Source: an uncultured Clostridia bacterium
GTDB taxonomy: Bacteria; Bacillota; Clostridia; Christensenellales; UBA1242
Reading direction: 5' to 3'
DNA: 64,000 nt
Assembly: GCA_944349905.1 (NCBI GenBank)
Contig: CALVNR010000003.1
Span: forward strand, 69,974 to 133,973
A program made the position numbers and the translations under genes. The number at the start of each line of letters is the position of its first letter. Position 1 is the first letter of the stretch. The notes under the pieces were generated by a model, which ran no database searches, had not been told where the DNA came from, and was given only the letters and a program-made list of their open reading frames with translations. This document shows, piece by piece, positions 11,839 through 21,373 of this stretch.

Positions 11839-13719
11839 TTAAGTTACTAAAAGAATAGTTGTACCTTTGTTTATTGATGTCCCAGCTGGTGGAAGTTGCT
11901 TTGTGATTATACCTCCATCTCCTTCAATTTCGCAATATAATCCAATCTTTCTTAGTTCTATAAGTGCATCTCCTAGCGACATACCTATTAAGTTAGGCAT
12001 TGCAACTTTTTCAACCACTACTGAGTCGTCTTGTTTTTCTTCGTTTAAATAAATAAAAAGATTTTTAAAAATTTGTTTACCATAAGGAGCAGCAACAAGT
12101 GAACCATAATAAACTCCTGCACTAGGCTCATCAACAAGCACAATTATGGCATATTTAGGTGCGTCTGCTGGATAAGTGCCGATAAAACTAGAAATATATT
12201 TACCTTGGTCTATACCACCAGTTTCTTTATATTTTTGTGCCGTTCCTGTTTTTCCTCCAACATTATAACCCTCAACAAAAGTATATTTACCTGTTTTGTT
12301 TTCAGCATATTCAAGAAGTTGATTTACAAGTTTTGTTGTATTTGAAGAAATAACACTAACATTTTGACTATCTTGCTTGTTTTCATCATACAAAATACTT
12401 AAATCAATTTTTTGCCCACCTATAATTGAACAAACAGCGTTCATAAGTTGAATAGGTGTCATAGCAATTGCGTGTCCAAACCCCATACGAGCAAGATCTA
12501 CCGTCTTAACAGAAGATTTTGGCATTAACATTCCACTGCTTTCACCAGAAATATCAATACCTGTTTTTTGACCTATTCCAAATTTTTCCATATATTGATA
12601 AAATTTTTCTACTCCCAGTCTTAATGCCAAATCCATAAAGCAACAATTACAAGAATTACCAAATGCTTCAAGCAAGGTCTGACTTCCATGCCCTATTGTT
12701 TTCCAACACTTTATTTTTATTCCGTCAACAATTCTATACCCTGGACAGTAAAATTTATCTTCAAGTGATGTAAGTCCTTCTTCTAACGCAGCAGCAACTG
12801 TCAAAATTTTAAAAGTAGAACCAGGCTCATACATGTCGGTAACAAGTTTCATTTTTGATTGGTCAAAAAGGATATCTAAATCATCTCTTGGCAACTCATT
12901 CAAATCAAAACTAGGTTTTGTAGACATAGCAAGAATGTCTCCATTTGTTACGTCTATAATCATACCACTTGCATTTTTCGCTTTTTGCTCTTGCATAATA
13001 TTGTTTAATGCATTTTCTAATATTTGTTGCATTTTGCTGTCAATAGAAAGATATAAATCTTCTCCTTCTTGTGCTTGAATGTAATATCTTAAACTTCCCC
13101 CAATTTCCTTTCCTTGCAAATCGCTTTGCACATAACTATATCCATCTTGTCCTTTTAACAATTCATCATAATACGCTTCCACTCCTGTTTGCCCTACATT
13201 ATCAACACTTGTAAAGCCTATAAGTTGTGAAGCTAAGTTCCCATTTGGATAATATCTTGAAACATTTTCAGCAAGATAAACCCCAGATAATTTCTTTTGA
13301 TAAATTTTTTCTGCAATTTCACTTTCTACGCCTAATTTAATCAAAACCTCACTAACGTTTTTCTTTTGAACTTTTTGATAAACATTGTCAAAATCTATAT
13401 TTAACAAAGTAGACAATGCTGTAGCAACTGTTGTTGGACTTTTTACTTCCCTTGCTCTTACAAAAACATTGTATGTCGTATAACTAACTGCTAGCGTCGC
13501 CCCTGTCCTATCATAAATTGTTCCCCTAGGAGCCACAATCTTTAAATCACGTGTCCACTGGTCAATTGCTTTTAATTGCAAGCTTTTGCCATTGATAATT
13601 TGAATAACAAAAAGTCGCACGCCAAGTGCACAAAAAATAAAGGATATTACCAATAACAATGCTAATATCCTTTTTCTAAAAGAAAATAATGTAAAAGGTT
13701 GTTTCAAATTATCCTCCAA
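11839..13719 (-). CDS. ftsI: Class B penicillin-binding protein (FtsI/PBP2B family) with a C-terminal PASTA domain
   Basis: N-terminal TM segment. Transpeptidase motifs STFK (PGSTFKIL), SCN (GNSCNCC) and KTGT (GGKTGTAQ). PASTA-like tail MPNLIGMSLGDALIELRKIGL. Located in the dcw position after rsmH and the FtsL-like gene. Confidence 0.9.
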   Translation of the reverse strand: MEDNLKQPFTLFSFRKRILALLLVISFIFCALGVRLFVIQIINGKSLQLKAIDQWTRDLKIVAPRGTIYDRTGATLAVSYTTYNVFVRAREVKSPTTVATALSTLLNIDFDNVYQKVQKKNVSEVLIKLGVESEIAEKIYQKKLSGVYLAENVSRYYPNGNLASQLIGFTSVDNVGQTGVEAYYDELLKGQDGYSYVQSDLQGKEIGGSLRYYIQAQEGEDLYLSIDSKMQQILENALNNIMQEQKAKNASGMIIDVTNGDILAMSTKPSFDLNELPRDDLDILFDQSKMKLVTDMYEPGSTFKILTVAAALEEGLTSLEDKFYCPGYRIVDGIKIKCWKTIGHGSQTLLEAFGNSCNCCFMDLALRLGVEKFYQYMEKFGIGQKTGIDISGESSGMLMPKSSVKTVDLARMGFGHAIAMTPIQLMNAVCSIIGGQKIDLSILYDENKQDSQNVSVISSNTTKLVNQLLEYAENKTGKYTFVEGYNVGGKTGTAQKYKETGGIDQGKYISSFIGTYPADAPKYAIIVLVDEPSAGVYYGSLVAAPYGKQIFKNLFIYLNEEKQDDSVVVEKVAMPNLIGMSLGDALIELRKIGLYCEIEGDGGIITKQLPPAGTSINKGTTILLVT

Positions 13720-14335
13720 ACAACCCCGCTAAGAAATTACAAAACCTATCAAACCAATTTGAAGACTCTGCTATTTTTGTTGGCAAAAGATTTTGGTTTG
13801 GAATTACTTCAAATAAATTTTTCATATTCTGTTGATTTGTGGTGTCAATTGCTGTTAGATTTTTTAAATAGTTGACCAAATTTACATTGTATGTTTCAGT
13901 GACTGTTGCAATTTCACTATTTAAAGAATCTATCGTTGAAATATTGATAAGCCCCCAAACGCCTAAAATAGCAAAAAGAATTGAAAATACAATATTTTTA
14001 AGTTTCCACTTTCTTTTTCTTTCATTTTTTTCAAAAATTTCTATTTTCTCTTCTTCTTTAAATATTTGTTTATGTTCTTCTTCTGTTAAGGTTTCCATAA
14101 AATCATAGTTGGGTGTATCTATAATTGAAGAAGATTGTTTTGCTTCTATGTTTTTTCCTACTTTTGGAAAATCTTGTTTTGCATCTTTAAAAGCACTTGC
14201 AGAAAAAGGATTCACATTGTTTTCAAACTTCACATCAGTTTTTTCTTCTGCAATGCTGTTTGATTCAACTGTTTTTGTTTCCGATTGCTTTTGTTGCTGC
14301 TTTTCTTTTAAAGCAAAAATCAACTTCTCTGCCAT
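13709..14335 (-). CDS. FtsL-like bitopic division protein (positional call)
   Basis: 208 aa with a single TM segment (IVFSILFAILGVWGLINIS) followed by a short helical ectodomain. It sits between rsmH and the PBP and overlaps the PBP start by 11 nt. The N-terminal extension is longer than in a typical FtsL. Confidence 0.45.
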   Translation of the reverse strand: MAEKLIFALKEKQQQKQSETKTVESNSIAEEKTDVKFENNVNPFSASAFKDAKQDFPKVGKNIEAKQSSSIIDTPNYDFMETLTEEEHKQIFKEEEKIEIFEKNERKRKWKLKNIVFSILFAILGVWGLINISTIDSLNSEIATVTETYNVNLVNYLKNLTAIDTTNQQNMKNLFEVIPNQNLLPTKIAESSNWFDRFCNFLAGLFGG

Positions 14336-14371
14336 ATTATATGCCTCCCTCTGCTATGATAGCACCTTTTA

Positions 14372-15310
14372 TCAAATTTTTTCAACTATTCTTAGTTTTG
14401 CACTTGATGATCTTGAATTTTTCTGTAACTCTTCTTGCCTTGCAGTAATAGGTTTTCTTGTCACCATATCACATATTTGTTTGTGTTTGCAAATACAAAC
14501 AGGTGTTTTTGGTGGACAAATACAACCTGTGGTCGCATCTTTAAAAACATTTTTTACTATTCTATCTTCCAAACTATGAAAAGATATTATAGCAATTCGC
14601 CCTTTCTCATTAAGCAAGTCAATAAGATTTTCTATGCATTTTTTCAAGCCTTCAAGTTCTTGGTTAACTTCAATTCTTATTGCCTGAAAAGTCTTTTTTG
14701 ATACACCACCTTTTCCATAAATTATTTTTTTAGGAAAAGATTTTTCTATAATTTCTTTTAATTCAAAGGTTGTTTCAATTGGTTTTTCTTGACGTGCTTT
14801 GCAAATATTTTTGACAATGTTTTTTGCATTACTTTCTTCTCCATATTCATATAAAATTTTCAAAAGCTGTTTTTCAGAATATGTATTAACAACAGTAAAG
14901 GCTGTCAATTCTTGGCTTTGATCCATTCTCATGTCTAGCTTGCCGTTATGCAAAAAACTAAAACCTCTTTCTGCCGTATCAATTTGATAAGAACTTACAC
15001 CCAAATCAATAAGTATTCCGTCAATCTTTTTTGAATAACCGTTTTCTATTAAAAATTTATAAGCATTTTTAAAGTCAGATTTAACAATTATCACATTATC
15101 AAATTCTTTAAATCTTTCTTTGCAAGTTTTTATTGCGTCCTCATCTTTATCAAAACCAATTAATACACCCCTGCTTCCAATTCTTTTTAAAATTTCACTA
15201 GAATGACCTCCACCACCCATAGTGCAGTCAACATAAATACCTCCGGGCTTAATATTAAGCCCAGAGATAACTTCATCTAATAAAACTGGTTTGTGTTGAA
15301 AATTTATCAT
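14372..15310 (-). CDS. rsmH: 16S rRNA (cytosine1402-N4)-methyltransferase RsmH/MraW
   Basis: 312 aa beginning HKPVLLDEVISGLNIKPGGIYVDCTMGGGGHS, with the DLGVSSYQID and SFHSLEDRIVK motifs. Confidence 0.95.
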   Translation of the reverse strand: MINFQHKPVLLDEVISGLNIKPGGIYVDCTMGGGGHSSEILKRIGSRGVLIGFDKDEDAIKTCKERFKEFDNVIIVKSDFKNAYKFLIENGYSKKIDGILIDLGVSSYQIDTAERGFSFLHNGKLDMRMDQSQELTAFTVVNTYSEKQLLKILYEYGEESNAKNIVKNICKARQEKPIETTFELKEIIEKSFPKKIIYGKGGVSKKTFQAIRIEVNQELEGLKKCIENLIDLLNEKGRIAIISFHSLEDRIVKNVFKDATTGCICPPKTPVCICKHKQICDMVTRKPITARQEELQKNSRSSSAKLRIVEKI

Positions 15311-18231
15311 AAGTTTCCTTCGTTTGTTAACCCTAAAAAGTTTTTAAGTTGTGTTGTTATTGTAGACCCAACGGTGCTTTCAATAGAATCTATTTGTTCA
15401 ATAACTTCATTTTTATCTATGCTTGCAGGAATTTCAACAGAAATTTCAAAACTTTCAAGTGTATTTAAGAGTTCTTCAACTTCTTCTTTATTATCCTCTG
15501 TAATTGTTTGTATCATTTTATCTAAATTTTCAGTTGTAATTTCTTCTGAATTTATAAAACCTGCAACATAAGAAACAAAAGAATTTTCTGCTGCATTTTC
15601 CAAATCTTCAATCAACCCCATTAAATTAGTAAATGATATGTCATAAATATTTTTATTTGCATTTATAAGTTTGCCATCTTTATCAAATTCTTTTTTGAAA
15701 GAAACGATTAAACTGTCAAAAGCATCTTTAAAAATACCTTCTTCGTTTTTTGGTTTTTCTTGATCTTGCGATAATTCAACCCTATATGCATTTTCTTTTA
15801 AACTGTCAAGAAGTTCTCCAAGTGTTTTTTTATCTATATCATCATATCCCAAACTTCCTTGGTTGTTGCTGTATGTTTTATAAATAGATAAGAACTTTTC
15901 AAAAACATTGCATACTTCTTCTGTTTGGTCTTCTTCGCTTCCACTTTCAAAAGTTATACCTTCAATAGATATTTCAACTTGTTCGCCTGTCAAACTGTTT
16001 ATTGCCTGTGAAACAGCATCAAACAAACTTTGTTTTGTATTATTAAGCATTTTAGAATATAAAACCGGTCTTAAAATTTCAGATAATGTCAAATTAGTTC
16101 CCAAGTTATTTAACAAATTATCCATATCCCCATTTAAAACATAATCTAGATATAAAATTCCGTTTGAATCTTCTTTATTTAATAAAACCAAAATATTGCT
16201 AATTTGATTTAATTCTTTTCTCCATTCTTGAACTTTGTCAAGTGTTAGATTATCTTGCTCATTTTCTCCATAATTTGGAAGAGATGAAAAATCAATTACT
16301 GTTGTTCCCAACCCTTCTATAAGCAAATCGTCAACAATTAAATCCTTTGTAAATTCTATTTGGTATATAGGAGTAATAATATCTGACAAAAGTTTTTGAT
16401 TTTCTGTCAACTTGTTAGCAATGGCTTTTATTTTGTCTGTTGTTTCTGTTTTGTCATTTGTTAAAATTGTATATAATCCTGATTTCTTGATTGAATTCAA
16501 GCTCGAAGATAAAAATTCAAAAAGATTTTGATAGCTTGTTATACTTATTTCTTCATTATTTTCATTATAAACTGAATAATTTGGCAATGAAATATTATAA
16601 TTTTCTAAAAGATTGCTTAAAATATTTTTTTCATTTTCATTTTCATCTTTATAATTGAAAATAGAAATATCCAAAATTTGGTCAATAAAAGCACCAAGTG
16701 AAGACATTGTGGCTGATAAATCTATTTTGTCATTTGTTAACAAAATCATAGGGTCTTTTATCGTTTCAAAAACATCTATGTTTTGAGAAATATTTTTAAA
16801 ACTTGTTGCAAGATTTTTAATTTCTGTTGCTAAATTATTCCATTTTTCTTCTGCCCAATTTGAAGTATCAACTACAAAATCTCCAACATTATCTACAATT
16901 GTAGGCAAAAATTTGTTTAAAACAACGTCCAAGCTATCTTGTAAAAGATTAAGGTCAAAAACTTTTTCAATAATATAAGTTAATACATTGATGTTCTCAT
17001 TTTTTGTTAAAATCTCAACAATAGCACTAGCACTTTTATTTGAACTTTCAACAATTTGATCTAATACACCATTTTCAGATATAGTTTTAAATATATCAAA
17101 AAGTGTTTGCAAATCATTTTTAAAATATTCAACTACTCTATCAGCACTTTCTTGTGCAAGTTGATTTAAGGAGTCTGAAATATTATCTAAAATTTGTGAA
17201 TATTCTTCAAAAAATTGATTGTTTTGCAAAAAAGGATAATTTTGATAATTAGTTACAATATCTTGCAAAAGTTCAACAACTATTTGTTTAAAGAAACCAC
17301 CATTTATTATTTCATTAAAATAAGGTTCAACAACATCAAAATTTAATTGACTAAAATTATGGTCATTTGATGAAATTTGTGAAATTTGAACTGAAACATC
17401 ATACACTTTTGCATATGAATTAATTTCTTTTCTTATCAACAATTTTTCACCATTTATCTCTACTGAACCATAATAATCAAACATTGCATCATCCAAACCA
17501 GTAAGTCCGCACATTTGGAAAAAGAAATTTTGGTTTAACCCAGAAACAATTTCCGACACTTCTTTTGGTAGCATTTGTCCTATCACAGACAGATTTTCAG
17601 AACTTTCTTGCTCGCCTGTCAATACAGTAACTTCATAATCACTTGAAGAAGTAGACAATGTAATCTTTTCTGATTTATAAATATTTTCTCTTCGCTGAAT
17701 ACTATCAAATAAACCAAGCAAAGATGAAAGTGGCATAAAAACAAACAGAAAAACAATGAAGGTTTTTGCAAGACCAACAACTCCACCTAAAACCCTGTGC
17801 GTATTTTGATATTGCTTGTTTTTTAAACAGAGCACTGCAATAATTTTGTAAATAATGTACAATACCAATGCTACAAGTAATGAAACAACTATAAATAGAA
17901 CTACATTAGCAACAGCCCCTGGCAACTTTTCAATCAAAGTTTCCATGTTAGGGTTGCTTTCAATCATATTAGAAATATCTTTATTTTCTTTAAGCATAGC
18001 AACAAAATATTGATTAAGCGAAATAGTAGAGCCATTATAATCAATATTGATAGATAAAATCGCATTTGTAATCAAAGGAGTTATAAAAAAAGCAACAACA
18101 GCTCCAATTAAAGAAAAAGCCATGTTTAAAGCTGACTTTCTTAATCCTCTCCAGAAACCTATAAAAAATCCTGCAATCAAGACAAGCAGAAATAAAAAAC
18201 TTAATATTAGATTTATAGTTGAACTATTCAT
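15307..18231 (-). CDS. Large membrane protein with an N-terminal CvpA-like TM domain and a long acidic helical region
   Basis: 974 aa. The N-terminal ~190 aa has four TM helices in a CvpA-like pattern (FFIGFWRGLRKSALNMAFSLIGAVVAFFITP). The rest is D/E/N/L-rich with no recognised domain. SD AGGAGG. The stop TGA overlaps the rsmH ATG (ATGA). Confidence 0.6.
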   Translation of the reverse strand: MNSSTINLILSFLFLLVLIAGFFIGFWRGLRKSALNMAFSLIGAVVAFFITPLITNAILSINIDYNGSTISLNQYFVAMLKENKDISNMIESNPNMETLIEKLPGAVANVVLFIVVSLLVALVLYIIYKIIAVLCLKNKQYQNTHRVLGGVVGLAKTFIVFLFVFMPLSSLLGLFDSIQRRENIYKSEKITLSTSSSDYEVTVLTGEQESSENLSVIGQMLPKEVSEIVSGLNQNFFFQMCGLTGLDDAMFDYYGSVEINGEKLLIRKEINSYAKVYDVSVQISQISSNDHNFSQLNFDVVEPYFNEIINGGFFKQIVVELLQDIVTNYQNYPFLQNNQFFEEYSQILDNISDSLNQLAQESADRVVEYFKNDLQTLFDIFKTISENGVLDQIVESSNKSASAIVEILTKNENINVLTYIIEKVFDLNLLQDSLDVVLNKFLPTIVDNVGDFVVDTSNWAEEKWNNLATEIKNLATSFKNISQNIDVFETIKDPMILLTNDKIDLSATMSSLGAFIDQILDISIFNYKDENENEKNILSNLLENYNISLPNYSVYNENNEEISITSYQNLFEFLSSSLNSIKKSGLYTILTNDKTETTDKIKAIANKLTENQKLLSDIITPIYQIEFTKDLIVDDLLIEGLGTTVIDFSSLPNYGENEQDNLTLDKVQEWRKELNQISNILVLLNKEDSNGILYLDYVLNGDMDNLLNNLGTNLTLSEILRPVLYSKMLNNTKQSLFDAVSQAINSLTGEQVEISIEGITFESGSEEDQTEEVCNVFEKFLSIYKTYSNNQGSLGYDDIDKKTLGELLDSLKENAYRVELSQDQEKPKNEEGIFKDAFDSLIVSFKKEFDKDGKLINANKNIYDISFTNLMGLIEDLENAAENSFVSYVAGFINSEEITTENLDKMIQTITEDNKEEVEELLNTLESFEISVEIPASIDKNEVIEQIDSIESTVGSTITTQLKNFLGLTNEGNL

Positions 18232-18423
18232 AAGATATTCCTCCTATAATACTAAACTTTCAATTATATATTAACATTTTTAATGCAAAAATTTCAAGTA
18301 TTTACAAAAGAATTTATGTTAAATAAAAAAATATTTAAATAGATTATACGAACTTAGTTTGCACAAATAAAAGACATTTTTATGAAAAAAAATAATAAAT
18401 TTTAAAGAAATTTATTAAAAAAC

Positions 18424-18454
18424 ACAAAAAAACTGCAAAAAAATGCAGTTTTTT
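18424..18454. terminator. Bidirectional intrinsic terminator downstream of uvrA
   Basis: Stem aactgca / tgcagtt (18431-18437 / 18444-18450), flanked by an A-run and a T-run. Confidence 0.7.
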
Positions 18455-18462
18455 GACTTTTT

Positions 18463-21303
18463 TTAAAAATTTTGTTGCAACAACTTTTTCAAATACTTTC
18501 CTGTATAAGATTTTTCATTTTTTGCAACTTCTTCTGGTTTGCCTGTTGCAACAATTTGTCCACCTTTGTTGCCACCTTCGGGTCCCAAATCAATTATATA
18601 ATCTGCTGATTTTATTACATCAAGATTGTGTTCAATAACCACAACTGTATTTCCATTATCTACCAAACGATTTAATATTGCAATAAATTTTTTTACGTCA
18701 TACATATGAAGTCCTGTTGTTGGTTCATCTAGCAAATAAATTGTCTTTCCTGTTGATTTTTTCGAAAGTTCTGTTGCAAGTTTTACTCTTTGAGCCTCTC
18801 CTCCAGAAAGTTCTGTTGCGCTTTGGCCAAGTTTTATATATCCTAGCCCTACATCATACAAAGCTTGCACTTTTGTTTTAATAGAAGGGATATTTTCAAA
18901 AAAGCTTAATGCTTGCTCAACTGTCATGTCCAAAACATCACTAATATTTTTCCCCTTGTATTTTACTTCCAGCGTTTCACGATTATATCTTTTTCCTTTG
19001 CAAGATTCGCAAGTAACAGAAATGTCTGGCAAAAAATACATTTCAATTTCTTTTACACCAGCTCCTTCACAAGCATCACATCTACCACCTTTTACATTAA
19101 AACTGAACCTTCCCGCTTTATATCCTTTTGCTTTTGCATCTGGTGTGCTTGCAAACAAATCTCTTATTGCAGAAAACATGCCTACATATGTGGCAGGATT
19201 AGAGCGTGGAGTTCTTCCAATAGGCGACTGGTCTATTGAAATAACTTTATCAAACATTTGCAAATTTTCAATTTTTTCAAAATTTCCTAGTTCCAATTTT
19301 GAATTGTTTAATTTGTTTGAAAGATATGGATACAATATTTCATTTACCAAACTTGACTTACCACTTCCAGATACACCTGTAACACAAGTAAATGTACCAA
19401 CTGGAATATCTACATTTATATTTTTAAGATTGTTTTCTTTTGCACCAATAACTTTTAAAAAACCTTTTGGCTCTCTTCTTTTTGTAGGAATTTCTATTTT
19501 TTCATCGCCTCTTAAAAATTTTGCCGTAATTGAATTTGATGATTTTATTAAATCTTCTACTTTCCCATTTCCAACAATTTCTCCGCCATGAACGCCTGCA
19601 AATGGACCTACATCTACAAGCCAATCTGCTTGTCTTATAGTATCCTCGTCGTGCTCTACAACAATCAAAGTGTTGCCTAAATCACGAAGATTTTTTAATG
19701 TTTGAATTAATCTGTCATTATCTCTTTGATGGAGTCCTATGCTTGGCTCGTCTAAAATATACAAAACGCCAGAAAGTCCACTGCCAATTTGAGTAGCAAG
19801 TCTTATTCGCTGTGCTTCACCACCTGACAATGTTTCAGCAGACCTTGATAAAGTAAGATAATTAAGGCCAACATCACTTAAAAACTTCAATCTTGCTCTT
19901 ATTTCTTTCAAAATGCTTTTTGCAATTTCTTCTTTTTCTTTGCTTAAAGCAATATCATCAAAATAAACAAGCAAATCTTCAACCGTCATATCACAAATTT
20001 GTGAAATATCTTTACCTTTTATTTTGATAGAAAGAGCCTGCGTATTTAATCTTTTTCCATGGCAAACAGGACAAGTTATTTCTCTAACAAACTTTCCTAT
20101 CTCAAACCTAACAAATTCGCTTTTACTTTCAACTAGTCTTCTTTTTAAATTATTTATCACACCTTCAAAAGCCAATGCTTTTTTGCCATTAAAATGTTCA
20201 AAATTTTTATTTTTTGCTTCATTTTCAAACAAATCTAATTTTTCGCCGTCATTACCATACAAAATTATGTTTAATTTTTTCTTTGGTAATTTGTTTAAAG
20301 GAACATCAAGGTCTATATCATATTTTTTTGATAATGCATCAAAATATCTTGTTGCCATACCACCATCTTCATATCGCCAACCTGTTAAATTTAATGCTCC
20401 TTGCCTTATAGACAAGTCTGCATTTTTTAAAACCAAACTTTCATCAACATCACTTATTAAACCAAGTCCAGAACAATTATTGCAAGCGCCGTGCGGTGCA
20501 TTAAAAGAAAATAATCTTGGTGAAATTTCTTCAAGTGCCCATCCACATGTTGAACAAGCATAATTAGTGCTGTACAAAGTCTGATTATCTTCATTTTCTA
20601 CAATGACCAATCCATCAGCAAGTTTCAATGCGGTTTCAATACTATCAGATAATCTAGATTGTAAGCCTTCTTTGATTACCAATCTGTCAACAATAACATT
20701 AATATTATGTTTTATGTTTTTATCAAGCACAATATCTTCATCTAAAAGAAATACAGAACCATCAACTTGAACTCTCACAAAACCTGATTTTTTTAATTGC
20801 TCAAAATTCTTAGCAAATGCACCTTTTTGAGCCCTGATTATTGGTGCTAAAATTGAAATTTTGCTTCCCATAGGTAAAGATAATACACTGTCAACAATTT
20901 GGTCGGTGGTTTGTTGTGAAATTGGTTTGTTACAGTTTGGGCAATAAGCCTCTCCGATTCGCGCAAACAACAATCTTAAATAATCATAGATTTCTGTAAC
21001 TGTCCCAACTGTTGACCTTGGGTTATGATTAGTAGTCTTTTGATCAATAGAAATAGCTGGCGATAGCCCGTCAATAGATTCAACATCTGGTTTTTGTGCT
21101 TGTCCCAAAAATTGTCTTGCGTATGAAGATAAACTTTCTATATATCTTCTTTGACCTTCTGCAAAAATAGTCCCAAAAGCCAAACTTGTTTTACCAGAAC
21201 CACTTACCCCAGTAAAAACCACAAGTTTATTCTTTGGAATGATCAAATCTACATTTTTTAAATTATTCTCTTTCGCACCTTTGATAATTATTTTATTTTC
21301 CAT
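18463..21303 (-). CDS. uvrA: Excinuclease ABC subunit A
   Basis: Two ABC ATPase modules (GVSGSGKTSLAF, GVSGSGKSSLV, two LSGGEAQR signatures) and zinc-finger cysteines. I prefer the start at MENKIIIKGAKENNLKN (21303) over the track start at 21321, which lies within the predicted promoter. Confidence 0.95.
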   Translation of the reverse strand: MENKIIIKGAKENNLKNVDLIIPKNKLVVFTGVSGSGKTSLAFGTIFAEGQRRYIESLSSYARQFLGQAQKPDVESIDGLSPAISIDQKTTNHNPRSTVGTVTEIYDYLRLLFARIGEAYCPNCNKPISQQTTDQIVDSVLSLPMGSKISILAPIIRAQKGAFAKNFEQLKKSGFVRVQVDGSVFLLDEDIVLDKNIKHNINVIVDRLVIKEGLQSRLSDSIETALKLADGLVIVENEDNQTLYSTNYACSTCGWALEEISPRLFSFNAPHGACNNCSGLGLISDVDESLVLKNADLSIRQGALNLTGWRYEDGGMATRYFDALSKKYDIDLDVPLNKLPKKKLNIILYGNDGEKLDLFENEAKNKNFEHFNGKKALAFEGVINNLKRRLVESKSEFVRFEIGKFVREITCPVCHGKRLNTQALSIKIKGKDISQICDMTVEDLLVYFDDIALSKEKEEIAKSILKEIRARLKFLSDVGLNYLTLSRSAETLSGGEAQRIRLATQIGSGLSGVLYILDEPSIGLHQRDNDRLIQTLKNLRDLGNTLIVVEHDEDTIRQADWLVDVGPFAGVHGGEIVGNGKVEDLIKSSNSITAKFLRGDEKIEIPTKRREPKGFLKVIGAKENNLKNINVDIPVGTFTCVTGVSGSGKSSLVNEILYPYLSNKLNNSKLELGNFEKIENLQMFDKVISIDQSPIGRTPRSNPATYVGMFSAIRDLFASTPDAKAKGYKAGRFSFNVKGGRCDACEGAGVKEIEMYFLPDISVTCESCKGKRYNRETLEVKYKGKNISDVLDMTVEQALSFFENIPSIKTKVQALYDVGLGYIKLGQSATELSGGEAQRVKLATELSKKSTGKTIYLLDEPTTGLHMYDVKKFIAILNRLVDNGNTVVVIEHNLDVIKSADYIIDLGPEGGNKGGQIVATGKPEEVAKNEKSYTGKYLKKLLQQNF

Positions 21304-21309
21304 ACAATT

Positions 21310-21339
21310 ATTATAACACATATTTTATTTTTGTATCAA
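21310..21339 (-). promoter_or_regulatory. uvrA promoter with leaderless geometry
   Basis: Minus strand: TTGATA (21339-21334), 18 nt, TGtTATAAT (-10 at 21315-21310), then 6 nt and the ATG at 21303. No SD. Confidence 0.5.
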
Positions 21340-21343
21340 TAAA

Positions 21344-21369
21344 TAAAAAAGAATGTAAGAAACTTACAT
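21344..21369 (-). terminator. Intrinsic terminator between uvrB and uvrA
   Basis: 7-bp stem 21353-21359 / 21363-21369 with a 3-nt loop, followed by a U-run on the minus strand (21344-21350). Confidence 0.55.
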
Positions 21370-21373
21370 CTTT

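Noticed and set aside
18913-20563. Long plus-strand ORFs antisense to uvrA (for example 18926-19591 and 20024-20563). Similar antisense ORFs occur inside uvrB, the PBP gene, the 974-aa gene and the giant gene.
   Set aside because: Each is fully contained in a confidently identified or much longer gene on the other strand and has a low-complexity composition.
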